From positions 133,280-197,279 of IMG/VR virus record IMGVR_UViG_3300037042_004723: a stretch of DNA of 64,000 nucleotides, one strand, 5' to 3'. Source of the stretch: a virus. A program made the translations under genes and the position numbers. Below are positions 27,678-36,738 of this stretch, piece by piece. The notes beneath the pieces were generated by a model. The model ran no database searches and had not been told where the DNA came from. It saw only the letters and a program-made list of their open reading frames with translations. Every line of letters starts with the position of its first letter. Position 1 is the first letter of the stretch.

Positions 27678-28429
27678 TGGCTCAAAACACCCAAGACGGA
27701 CTCGATGGGAAGCTGCTGTCTCGCTACAACGAGCGAAACGGAGATGTCTGGCTAACTGATTTTGACCGAGGGATGCTGACGTCGCTTGGCGCCGCCGTTA
27801 ATGCGGTAGGAGATATGTACGTTATCAACGTTCCGGGAGTCTCTGCTCCTCCGCCATCTGGTGGGGTCAATTTCGAGGGTATTCCGGTTTATTTTGCGTT
27901 CCCCGACGAGGCCATTGACCCGAAGATCCTCCCATCGTTCGTTATTCGCAGGGATGACATCACTCCGGCCATGAGCCGATGGCACCTAGGCGCGCAGCAG
28001 TACAACGTTCCAGCTGCGGGCGCCCACGCCGTCACCCTCACCAACCCGAGGACTGGCGATGTGATGGCTACTGGGTTTGATGCCTACGAGGACAAGGCTC
28101 AGGCAGTCCCGTTCGACATTCTCTACACGATTCAGATTCGTGCAAAGTATCGCAACAATCTCAAGGTGGAGGCGATGCAGATGCTTCGCTTTGCCATGAA
28201 GCGGTTCCCTCCGTATTCGACCGTCTATGTAAGGGATAGCTTGGGCGATCTGCGAAGCTATACGGCCTTCATGGAGAGTCCTTCGGCGCTGGATACGAAA
28301 CCGGATGTGGCTGGCCGGGAAACAAACTTTAATCTCTCGATCCGAGTCGAGGCTGAGCTTGACCTGAACGATCCAGTGGTTCACCGGGCGATGACTAGCC
28401 TTCCGATCATTGGATACAGTGTTCCGTAG
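27677..28429 (+). CDS. Tail terminator/sheath stabiliser (T4 gp15-like)
   Basis: LPSFVI...VPFDILYTIQIRAKY...AMQML pattern; upstream of the sheath. Confidence 0.65.
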   Translation: MAQNTQDGLDGKLLSRYNERNGDVWLTDFDRGMLTSLGAAVNAVGDMYVINVPGVSAPPPSGGVNFEGIPVYFAFPDEAIDPKILPSFVIRRDDITPAMSRWHLGAQQYNVPAAGAHAVTLTNPRTGDVMATGFDAYEDKAQAVPFDILYTIQIRAKYRNNLKVEAMQMLRFAMKRFPPYSTVYVRDSLGDLRSYTAFMESPSALDTKPDVAGRETNFNLSIRVEAELDLNDPVVHRAMTSLPIIGYSVP

Positions 28430-28450
28430 TAATTTGAAGGGTATGCAAAG

Positions 28451-28909
28451 ATGCCGTGGCTTTATAATGCGACCAGAGATGTGCATCCAGTAGAGCTTGC
28501 TGATGGCACTGCGTACGGGTTCCTTCCGCGCAAGAAGGTCTTCGTGGCGCTCTCCAACATGAGCGCGGCTGTATGGCGTCTGATCCAAGTTGGGAAGCTG
28601 GCCAACCAGGGCGGAGATCCAGTCGTCGTTGCGCCTATCACGCTGCCCCAGGCGCCTGCTCCGGATGTCGTGATTGGGCAAGTTCATCCTGAGAAGTTAG
28701 ATACTTCCAGCAGTCATCATCAGTCGGATGGTAGGGTCGCGGTCGACTCATCAAGTGCTCTTGACGGTAAAAAAGAATCGAAAGCCGTTAAAAAGCAGGA
28801 CGATGATCTAGAAAAAGCACCTTCCGGTGGTCCGGAAGTGATTTCGCAGAGCAACGACACCAGCAAAAAGACCGAAAAACGAAGTGGAAGCTCTCGCAAG
28901 AGAACGTAA
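28451..28909 (+). CDS. Hypothetical protein
   Basis: Clean ORF; disordered C-terminus. Confidence 0.55.
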   Translation: MPWLYNATRDVHPVELADGTAYGFLPRKKVFVALSNMSAAVWRLIQVGKLANQGGDPVVVAPITLPQAPAPDVVIGQVHPEKLDTSSSHHQSDGRVAVDSSSALDGKKESKAVKKQDDDLEKAPSGGPEVISQSNDTSKKTEKRSGSSRKRT

Positions 28910-28955
28910 GCATCGTTCGCAGTCTGACTTCGGATAAAGGTAAGGGAGAACAAAG

Positions 28956-31781
28956 ATGGCCGAATATCTATCGCCAGGAATCTTTATCGAGGAAGTCAAC
29001 ACCGGCGGCCAGCAGGTGGACTCCATCGGCACGTCGACCATGTCTACGGTCGGATGGTTGGAAAGAGGCCCCGTCGATACGGCTATTGTCGTTACGAGCA
29101 TCGACGACTTCCAGCGGAAGTTCGGCGAGTACACCAACGCCTCGCGCGTGCCCATTACGGTGCAGGCGTTCTTTGCCAACGGCGGCTCGCGTGCCTACGT
29201 GGTTCGTGTCGTCCCGACCGATTCGGCGACCGGTGAGTCGTGCGTGACCGATCAGATCCTGGCCTCTCCCCTGGCTCCGGTCGGCACTGGTGGAGCTACT
29301 ACCTCTACGGCCACGCTGGCCAACATTCCGGTCCAGAAGCTATCGGCTGTGGTCAGCTGGCGTAATAACCCAGCAGGCACCATCGTCGCCGAGAACCCGG
29401 TGTTTGCTCCGGCCGAAAGCGAAGCCGCTGTTGGCCCCTCGCTGGCAACACTGCTGAATACGCCGCTAATCAGCGCGCCGCTAACGCTGAACTGGATGGA
29501 GGCGATCCAGGCGATTGGTACGCTGACCTTCGGTGGTATTCCGCTCAATACTGAGACGGTTACGATCGGCGCGAAGACCTACACGTTCCAGACGGTCCTG
29601 ACGAATGTTGACGGAAACGTCCTCATCGGTGTGTCGGCTGCGGCCTCGATCAGCAACCTGTTCGCTGCTATCACCCTGGGTGCAGGCGCCGGTGTGTCCT
29701 ACGCGGCGGCTACCACGGCGCATCCGACGGCCTCGGCCTCTACGCCGATCGGCGCCACGATGGTCGCGTATGCGCTGGTTGGCGGCCTTGCGGGCAACGC
29801 AATTGTCTCCACGAGCACCGTTACGCTTGGAACCTGGGGTGCCGCGACCCTGCTTGGCGGCACCGCTGCTGCAGCCAAGACGACCACGCTGACCAGTCCG
29901 ACTACTGTCGTTGGCGGTAATGCGGCCCGCATCTCGGCTGCATCGATCAATCTGCTGACCGGTGCGCTGAGCATCACGTTCGCTGCCAGGATCATTGGTA
30001 CCGACAACGGTCCGGTGGCCAACTCGATCACCGTCGATTACGACGCTGGCGGCGCCCTCCAGACTGTTACGGACAACGGTGCCGGTCTGTTCGCTCTTAC
30101 TACGGGCACCGGAACCGTCGTTGCTGGAACAATCGACTACGTAACTGGGGCCGTCTCGGTTTCGTGGAGCGCAGCCGGTACAGATCAGCCGTACCTCGGC
30201 AATATTACCGCCGTCGATTACAAGCACTGCCAGTGGGAGCTTGATGCTTCCGATCAGGGTGCCTGGGCTGGTCGGCTGAAGATGAGGGTGTCGGGTAATG
30301 CCAGCTTCTTCACCTATGGCACGCAGGCAACCGTTGGGGCTGGTGAGTACTCGAAGTTCAATGTGACGGTTCTCCTGCAGAACACGATCACCGGCGAGTA
30401 CGAGGTCAAGGAGACCTACGAAGAGGTCGTGTTCAACGACGTTGACGACGCGCTGTATTTTGCCGACGTTCTCAACGACAACTCCGATTTCATCGACGTC
30501 ACGGACTCGGGAACCCTCGATGTTCCGGCGACGTTCAAGGGGATCGACCGTAACCAGGTGATGGGGACCGGCAACGGCACCCAGACGCTGTTTACGGGCG
30601 TGCTGGCGAACTTTCCGATCGTCAAGACGTCGACCGTGATCACCTATACCCCGGTGGCTACCGGCCTTCGTACTCTCGTTGCGGACGTGAATGGCAACAT
30701 CACCGGCACCGGCTTGGATACCACCAAGACCAACAGCGTGAACTACACCACGGGTGCGTTCACGCTGAACTTTTTGACGACGCCGAACTGCCCGGCCAAT
30801 GCCGCGACGATTGATGCGCTGTATATTTCGATGCCGGCGACGAGCTTTGTGGACTACGTGTTCACGGGTGGCTCGGACGGCACGCTGACCGGTGTCACCT
30901 TCGACCGTGGCCAGTTCACGAGCCCGGTTCTGACGGCGTCCAAGCGTGGCATGTACGCGCTCAGCCGCATTGACGAGGTTATGCAGCTGGTCATCCCGGA
31001 TTTCGCAGGCGACGCGACGGTCGCTGGCGACCAGCTTGACTATGCGGAGAGCCGGATGGACGTCTTCGTCATCCTGACCACTCCGCGAAACTTCGACTCT
31101 CAGGCGGCTGCGGACTATCGCTCGGTCACCTTCAACCGGAAGTCTAAGTTCGCGGCGATGTACTGGCCGTGGATCAAGGTTACCGATCCACTCAACTCGC
31201 TGAAGACTCTAACAATTCCTGGTCTCGGCTGGGTGGCGGGCGTCTACGCTCGGACCGATCAGACCAGAAACGTTGGCAAGGCTCCAGGCGGTACGATCGA
31301 TGGTGCCATGCGCTTCCTGACGGGCCTTGAGACGAATCCGGACAAGGGCGACCGCGACCTGGTCTACCCGCTGCGGATTAACCCGTTCATCAACACTACG
31401 CAGACCGGTCTTGCGGTCTGGGGTGTTCGGACGCTGTCGCCGACCAACGACGTGCTCCGGTACGTCAACGCGGTTCGCCTGTTCCAGTTCGTGGAGAAGT
31501 CAATCTTCAACTCGACGTTCGGGTTTGTCTTCGAGTCGATCACGGCAAACCTGTATGGCCAGATCAAGAACGCCTGCGACGGGTTCCTGCTTGGTCTCTA
31601 CTCGACCGGCCACTTTGCTGGAAACAACCCTACGCAGGCGTTCTTTGTCGTCTGCGACGAGACGAACAATCCTCCGGAGGTTGCGAACGCCGGACAGGTG
31701 GTTGTGGATATCGGAATCGCTCCTAATCGCCCTGGTGAATTTATTAGGTTCAGGTTCAGCCAAAAAACCCTGACGGCGTAG
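28956..31781 (+). CDS. Contractile tail sheath protein (941 aa) with several inserted domains
   Basis: YLSPGIFIEEV, AFFANGGSRAYVVRV, AAMYWPWIKV, RINP...WGVRT, RYVNAVRLF, GIAPNRPGEFI. Confidence 0.95.
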   Translation: MAEYLSPGIFIEEVNTGGQQVDSIGTSTMSTVGWLERGPVDTAIVVTSIDDFQRKFGEYTNASRVPITVQAFFANGGSRAYVVRVVPTDSATGESCVTDQILASPLAPVGTGGATTSTATLANIPVQKLSAVVSWRNNPAGTIVAENPVFAPAESEAAVGPSLATLLNTPLISAPLTLNWMEAIQAIGTLTFGGIPLNTETVTIGAKTYTFQTVLTNVDGNVLIGVSAAASISNLFAAITLGAGAGVSYAAATTAHPTASASTPIGATMVAYALVGGLAGNAIVSTSTVTLGTWGAATLLGGTAAAAKTTTLTSPTTVVGGNAARISAASINLLTGALSITFAARIIGTDNGPVANSITVDYDAGGALQTVTDNGAGLFALTTGTGTVVAGTIDYVTGAVSVSWSAAGTDQPYLGNITAVDYKHCQWELDASDQGAWAGRLKMRVSGNASFFTYGTQATVGAGEYSKFNVTVLLQNTITGEYEVKETYEEVVFNDVDDALYFADVLNDNSDFIDVTDSGTLDVPATFKGIDRNQVMGTGNGTQTLFTGVLANFPIVKTSTVITYTPVATGLRTLVADVNGNITGTGLDTTKTNSVNYTTGAFTLNFLTTPNCPANAATIDALYISMPATSFVDYVFTGGSDGTLTGVTFDRGQFTSPVLTASKRGMYALSRIDEVMQLVIPDFAGDATVAGDQLDYAESRMDVFVILTTPRNFDSQAAADYRSVTFNRKSKFAAMYWPWIKVTDPLNSLKTLTIPGLGWVAGVYARTDQTRNVGKAPGGTIDGAMRFLTGLETNPDKGDRDLVYPLRINPFINTTQTGLAVWGVRTLSPTNDVLRYVNAVRLFQFVEKSIFNSTFGFVFESITANLYGQIKNACDGFLLGLYSTGHFAGNNPTQAFFVVCDETNNPPEVANAGQVVVDIGIAPNRPGEFIRFRFSQKTLTA

Positions 31782-31828
31782 TTCGCGTCCCATCAATCAT
31801 CAAAATCAGGTAACTCGGAGGCAGGAAC

Positions 31829-32311
31829 ATGTCGGTATCAGTCGTTATTACGAATCTTACGGCCAGCCCGGTCAACATCAGCGAGATGTACACCAAGCTT
31901 GGCGCGGCCGGGTCGGCTACGGAGGCTGTTACGATCTCGCGCTCCGTCGCAGAGCTGGACTCGATGAACGAGACCAAGGCGCTGCTGGATGCAGGGACCA
32001 TCAGCGTTGTCGCGACTCAGTCGGCCAACAACGAAGATATCCTCAGCCTGGCCCTGGAGCAGCACGGCGTCAGCACGCCTATGAGCGTTGCCGCCGCCGC
32101 TGAGGTGCTGCTGCCTGTTGTGTTCGCTAAGCCCTTCCCGGTTAGCGTTGTGCCCGTCGTGAATCTCACCGTTAACAAGAGCCTTGGGCTTTTGTCTCGC
32201 AGCACGGTGTACGCCCAGTCCATCACGAATGCTGGATTCACCATTGCTCTTGACGTGACGGTGTCAGAGGCCGCCTCTACGGTTGCGGTTAACTGGAAAG
32301 CCACTTACTAA
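31829..32311 (+). CDS. Hypothetical virion protein with C-terminal H-type-lectin-like domain
   Basis: VVFAKPF...PVVNLT...SITNAGFTI...VNWKA pattern. Confidence 0.45.
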   Translation: MSVSVVITNLTASPVNISEMYTKLGAAGSATEAVTISRSVAELDSMNETKALLDAGTISVVATQSANNEDILSLALEQHGVSTPMSVAAAAEVLLPVVFAKPFPVSVVPVVNLTVNKSLGLLSRSTVYAQSITNAGFTIALDVTVSEAASTVAVNWKATY

Positions 32312-32368
32312 CCGGCATCTATATCTTCAGCGTGATATAGTAGATCCGTAACCGAATAAGAGGCGATC

Positions 32369-32908
32369 ATGGCCAGCAGAGCAAAAGTAAGCGACTATCT
32401 TCACAACTTCCGGTTTCATGTCATCGTCACTGGATTCGGTCCGTTTTCCGACGCGAAGCTTATACCTGGCAACAGTGAAGTAAGCGCTGGATTCAATGCA
32501 TGCTCAGTTCCCGAGGCAACTCAGCCGGCGGTTGAGTATCGCGAAGGTCATTATATTTATACGAGGAAGTACAGCGGACTTCCGTCCATTAGCGATATTG
32601 CGCTGTCGCGTGGAGTTGCCAAAAACGATGGCACGTTCTGGCAGTGGATGAAGTCGGTCATTGAAGGCAACGAGGAGTATCGCGCCGACTTGCGGATCTT
32701 TCATTACCATCGTGACTCAAAGCCGCAGACGACTTCTCCGCCGAGCGCGGAGATGCCGACCAATGAAATTGGATCCATCGAGTACAAGTGCCATCAGGCC
32801 TTCCCGATCAGGCATAAGGTGTCGTCAGATCTGGACGCTACCGGCAGCGAAGTTTCGATCCAGGAACTGGATTTGGCTATCGAGTACTTCGAAGTCAAAC
32901 AGAATTAG
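32369..32908 (+). CDS. Tail tube protein (T4 gp19 family)
   Basis: FRFHV...GFNACS...VEYREG...RKYSG...IALSRGV...FWQW...LDA. Confidence 0.85.
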   Translation: MASRAKVSDYLHNFRFHVIVTGFGPFSDAKLIPGNSEVSAGFNACSVPEATQPAVEYREGHYIYTRKYSGLPSISDIALSRGVAKNDGTFWQWMKSVIEGNEEYRADLRIFHYHRDSKPQTTSPPSAEMPTNEIGSIEYKCHQAFPIRHKVSSDLDATGSEVSIQELDLAIEYFEVKQN

Positions 32909-32940
32909 CAATTCTCTCGATAACTTGGTAAGTTAGCCTC

Positions 32941-33672
32941 GTGTCGAGGACTAGACTTGCCGACTTTCTACAGAGCCACCTGTTTTGGGCGTTCGATGCG
33001 TCCAGCGCAGGTGTTCCTGTTTTTAACCCTCTCTTTGGGTTTTCCAAGATCTCAGCGCCTGAGATTAGCGCTGAGCTTGAGACGTTCAAGGATGGGACGT
33101 TCGTCTATAACCGGTCGGTCGTTAAAGGTGGGTCGGTTTCTCCGGTCGTATTTGAACGAGCGGCCTCGATGTTCGATGTCGACTTCTACGACTGGATCAT
33201 GTTCACGTTGCACGGGAACAAGGATTTCGAAGACGGCGGGACGCTCGGTAAGATTGGATCTGAAATATCCAACTTTCTAGGTGGCACACCTCCTAGTCCT
33301 CGTCGGAATCTGTTGATTGTTCAGTTCTCAAGCCTCAATCTTGCCGCGTTAGCCCCTACTGATGAAGGCTCATCAGGGCTTAGAATCACTGGATCGGTTG
33401 CACTTGGCGCCCTTGCAGGAATAGCGGCCGGTGCCTCCAATAAGGCAGTTTTCGGTGGAGCGGCATTCGGAGCAGGAGCAGCGTTAGCTGGTGTTGGCCC
33501 ATTTGCATTTGCCATGAGGCTGCCAGCTCGCGCCTGGATGCTGCACAACTGCCTTCCGGTTCGCTACAAGAGTGCGTCTGATTTTGACGCGAGTTCGCCG
33601 AACATCTCGCTCCAGGAGCTTGAGGTACAGCCGGAGTATATTGAGGAATTTTCTTTAGGACAAAAACCTTAA
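32941..33672 (+). CDS. Second gp19-family protein (tube initiator-like)
   Basis: FLQSHLFW...GFSKIS...VVFERAA...FYDW...CLPVRYK..SDFDA; contains a Gly/Ala-rich insert. Confidence 0.75.
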   Translation: MSRTRLADFLQSHLFWAFDASSAGVPVFNPLFGFSKISAPEISAELETFKDGTFVYNRSVVKGGSVSPVVFERAASMFDVDFYDWIMFTLHGNKDFEDGGTLGKIGSEISNFLGGTPPSPRRNLLIVQFSSLNLAALAPTDEGSSGLRITGSVALGALAGIAAGASNKAVFGGAAFGAGAALAGVGPFAFAMRLPARAWMLHNCLPVRYKSASDFDASSPNISLQELEVQPEYIEEFSLGQKP

Positions 33673-33674
33673 CA

Positions 33675-34625
33675 ATGTCGGGTGCTTACACAAGCAAGCA
33701 GCGGTTGTACCCGTGTTCGATTAGCCATCGGAAATTGATTCAGGACACTAAGGAAAACGGGTCATGCGCTGATTGCGGTGGCTCCCATGAGCACTACTGC
33801 ATGGATTTTGATCACGTTCGAGGCGAGAAGCGTTTTTCGATTTCTAAAATGGTTGGCAGGAAGCGCTTGGATGTGCTGAAGGAGATCGAGAAGTGCGACG
33901 TAGTCTGCGTTCTTTGCCATCGGACCAGGACGCATAACCGCAAGTCTCATCCCGCTCCGGCTACCGAGAAGCAGGCGAAGCGAAGCCAGAAGAGGTTTGA
34001 GATCAAGAAGACTATCGAGATCCTCAAGGCGGCCCCCTGTCTCGATTGCAGTAAGACGTTCCATCCGTGGCAGATGGACTTCGACCATCGTCCCGGCACT
34101 GAGAAGGTTGGCAGCATCGCTTTCCTTCTGGGGTCCATGAACAAGGACAAGGTCTTGGCTGAGATAGCCAAGTGCGACCTCGTTTGCGCTCTTTGTCATC
34201 GCCACCGCACGCATGTGCGTGGCGAGTACAGCAAAAGCACCAGGCCGGTGGCTAAGTCTGATGGCCGTGAGGCTTGGCGGGTCAATTACTCGATCCGCGA
34301 GCAGGACAAGGACGTTGCGGTTCAGATGTATCTTGCTGGGAAGACGGCCAAGGATGTGGCCAAGTTCTGTGGAGTGACTGATCCTGTCGTCAGGAAGCTC
34401 CTGGACGACCGTGGCATTCAACGAAGAGGGCGAGATCATGGCCCGCAGAAGCTTCTGCCAGAACAGCAGAAACAGGCCATCTCACTCTACGCCGACGGCC
34501 TGGCCGCTCGGGTCATTGGGGAACGGTTTGGGGTATCTGAAGACGTCGTTCGTCTTTGTCTGAAGAGGCATGGGGTTGAGCGCAGGCGCCGCAGCGATCT
34601 CGTGTACAATCGCAAGGCTGCGTAG
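33675..34625 (+). CDS. HNH endonuclease with two HNH modules and C-terminal HTH repeats
   Basis: CADCGG...CMDFDHVRGEK...CDVVCVLCHR and CLDC...MDFDHRPG...CDLVCALCHR; paralogue of 21512-22474. Confidence 0.85.
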   Translation: MSGAYTSKQRLYPCSISHRKLIQDTKENGSCADCGGSHEHYCMDFDHVRGEKRFSISKMVGRKRLDVLKEIEKCDVVCVLCHRTRTHNRKSHPAPATEKQAKRSQKRFEIKKTIEILKAAPCLDCSKTFHPWQMDFDHRPGTEKVGSIAFLLGSMNKDKVLAEIAKCDLVCALCHRHRTHVRGEYSKSTRPVAKSDGREAWRVNYSIREQDKDVAVQMYLAGKTAKDVAKFCGVTDPVVRKLLDDRGIQRRGRDHGPQKLLPEQQKQAISLYADGLAARVIGERFGVSEDVVRLCLKRHGVERRRRSDLVYNRKAA

Positions 34626-34633
34626 GAGCGACC

Positions 34634-34852
34634 ATGTCCAGGAACAACGATGAGATGCTTCAAATTCCTCTCAGTGACAACGAGAGCCTGGATATCATTC
34701 GCTTGGAGGACATGACCGTGCTGGTGGTGATCTCAGAGCGACGTGGGGTCCAGCGTCGGACGGTTGCTAAGATCGACGCTCAGTCCGCCATCAAAGTTGC
34801 TAAATTCATGGTCGGAATTCGTGGAGGAAAAGATGACTCCCAAGACTCCTGA
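34634..34852 (+). CDS. Small hypothetical protein
   Basis: RBS AGGAG; short ORF. Confidence 0.5.
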   Translation: MSRNNDEMLQIPLSDNESLDIIRLEDMTVLVVISERRGVQRRTVAKIDAQSAIKVAKFMVGIRGGKDDSQDS

Positions 34853-35069
34853 GAGTGATGAGTGGAGCACGGCGGACATCGCTGCCATGCTGACCGGGCG
34901 AGACGAGCGACAGGCTGCTGAGCCAAGCTATCAGGTTCAGCCGGTTGAACTTAGCTCTGGGTTCCATCCGGAAGAAGACTCTTATGTCATTGATCCCGAC
35001 TACTTGGAAATTCTCGGGATCGACGACCCGGCCGATTTGATCCGCCGGAAGGATTCAATCTCAAGATAA
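34833..35069 (+). CDS. Small acidic hypothetical protein
   Basis: GGAGG RBS before ATG 34833. Confidence 0.45.
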   Translation: MTPKTPESDEWSTADIAAMLTGRDERQAAEPSYQVQPVELSSGFHPEEDSYVIDPDYLEILGIDDPADLIRRKDSISR

Positions 35070-35081
35070 TCATAGCTGGGG

Positions 35082-35138
35082 TTGACGGGCGTAGCTTTGT
35101 AGAGGTATGAATGGTGCGTCGCCAGATCTAGATCTGGC
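35082..35138 (+). promoter_or_regulatory. Sigma70-like promoter with downstream 18-bp palindrome
   Basis: TTGACG (35082-87), 18-nt spacer, TATGAA (35106-11); perfect palindrome GCCAGATCTAGATCTGGC at 35121-35138. Confidence 0.5.
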
Positions 35139-35151
35139 TTGAGGCACCTAA

Positions 35152-35715
35152 GTGGACGATCGAAAGCCAAGCTCATCCCCTGAGACAGCAAGCCTTCTGG
35201 CCTGGAAGGCCACAGTGCTTGCCAGGGACTCCAGTCAGTGCGTGAACTGCGGTGGCGAAGACAAGGTGGCCGCCTGCTTTGTTATCCCTGTCGAGGTTGG
35301 TGGCAATCTCCGGGTTGGCAACGGCGTCACGGTATGCCGAGAGTGCAGGATCGCTGCAGAGAGCAGCCGGGTCCTCCCTCAGCGCATCGACAACAAGACG
35401 CCAATCAACTTCCTGATCAGCAGCGGCCTCCATAAGGTCGTCAATCAGTACGTCCATAATGGGTCGAAGTTCGGCAGTGTGTCGGCGCTGATGAGGTCGA
35501 TGATCTCGTCGTACATCACGCAGCCAGAGCTGTACGAAGACCTTCAGAGCTGGCAGGACGCCGGGTCCGACGTGAAGATAAACGGCTGGACGAATGGGGT
35601 CCAATATACTTTGTTTAAGCAAATGTGCAGACACAAAGGACTGAGTTATACGGATGCCCTTAAGGGGCTGCTGTTAGTTGCAGTCGATGGCTATGAGCCA
35701 GCAGACAACCACTAG
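35152..35715 (+). CDS. Degenerate HNH domain fused to two RHH-like domains (putative regulator)
   Basis: VLARDSSQCVNCGG...AACFVIP...NGVTVCRECR (His residues lost); TPINFLISSGLH...SVSALMRSMI and VKINGW...QYTLFKQMC...SYTDALKGLL. Confidence 0.55.
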   Translation: MDDRKPSSSPETASLLAWKATVLARDSSQCVNCGGEDKVAACFVIPVEVGGNLRVGNGVTVCRECRIAAESSRVLPQRIDNKTPINFLISSGLHKVVNQYVHNGSKFGSVSALMRSMISSYITQPELYEDLQSWQDAGSDVKINGWTNGVQYTLFKQMCRHKGLSYTDALKGLLLVAVDGYEPADNH

Positions 35716-35718
35716 GGG

Positions 35719-36501
35719 ATGAAAATGGATCCGCAGATTGAAATTCCGAAGTCATCAGTCGATGCGTTCGAGCTACCGTGTGGCCACGTAGACGCAGAGG
35801 GCAACGTTCACACGTTGATCACGGTCAGGGAAATGACCGGCGAGGATGAAGAGACGCTGGCTGCGCGCAACATGCCGACGACCAAGAAGATCAACAGGAT
35901 CTTGACCCGTTGTACGGAGTCGATTGGCCCGTTCTCGGGGCAGCAGCTGAGCTTTATCATTCCCGATCTAACACAGGGCGACCGTATCTTCTTGCTGATG
36001 GCGATTCGTCGCGCTTCTCTGGGTGACGAGATGCCGTTTCAGACGACGTGTCCTTCGTGCAAGGAGGAGGCGCGGTTCATCATTGACCTCAAGGATCTTG
36101 AGACCAAGAAGATGCTGAACCCCGCGCTGCGGACCTACGATCTCGTGCTGCCGAAGTCGAAGCACAAGGTCCGCATGAAGGTGCTCACGGGGCGCGGCGA
36201 AGAGGCCATCTCGAAGGCGGCTGCCAAGGGGCAGGATGTCATCTCGACGGCTATCTTTGCTCGCATTGAGTCGTTCGACGACAAGCCGGTGACGATCAAG
36301 GACCTGAAGGACCTGCCCCTGGCCGATCGAAACTTCCTGCGCGGCGCATGGGAGGGTAACGAGGGCGGGGTGGATACCGAGATTCAGGTGGACTGCCCCA
36401 GCTGCGGTACCGCCTACGATACGGAGTTGGATATCTCTCAGCAGGGTTTTTTCAACCCCTCGGCAACATTGATCAACTGGAAGAAGAAATATTCTTTCTG
36501 A
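35719..36501 (+). CDS. Tail assembly chaperone (T4 gp26-like); -1 frameshift form predicted to end at 36638
   Basis: VREMTGEDEE, DRIFLLMAIRRASLG, CPSC x2; slippery G GGT TTT at 36444-50; lies between the tube and tape measure genes. Confidence 0.8.
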   Translation: MKMDPQIEIPKSSVDAFELPCGHVDAEGNVHTLITVREMTGEDEETLAARNMPTTKKINRILTRCTESIGPFSGQQLSFIIPDLTQGDRIFLLMAIRRASLGDEMPFQTTCPSCKEEARFIIDLKDLETKKMLNPALRTYDLVLPKSKHKVRMKVLTGRGEEAISKAAAKGQDVISTAIFARIESFDDKPVTIKDLKDLPLADRNFLRGAWEGNEGGVDTEIQVDCPSCGTAYDTELDISQQGFFNPSATLINWKKKYSF

Positions 36502-36636
36502 TGGAATGCTGGCGGGGGCTCTCCTACGAGTCGATCATGCGGATGCCCTCATCCCTGAGGGTTAGGATGATTCTCAAGAAGTCAGATCTGGAAAAAGAGA
36601 GACAGCGTAGAGAAGAGAGAGCCAACAGAAGAAGAT

Positions 36637-36694
36637 AGCCGCGCAAGCACTTGCGCGGCTAAACGGGGCGCCGAGGACATCTCGACGCCCCGTT
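36637..36694 (+). promoter_or_regulatory. Two adjacent hairpins, the first being copy 2 of the GCGCAA-N4-TTGCGC element
   Basis: AGCCGCGCAAG/CTTGCGCGGCT (36637-60); AACGGGGCG..CGAG-GACAT-CTCG..CGCCCCGTT (36662-94). Confidence 0.55.
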
Positions 36695-36738
36695 GGCTTA
36701 TGTGGGCGGTGGTGCAAAGTCTGATATTTTTGTAGAGT

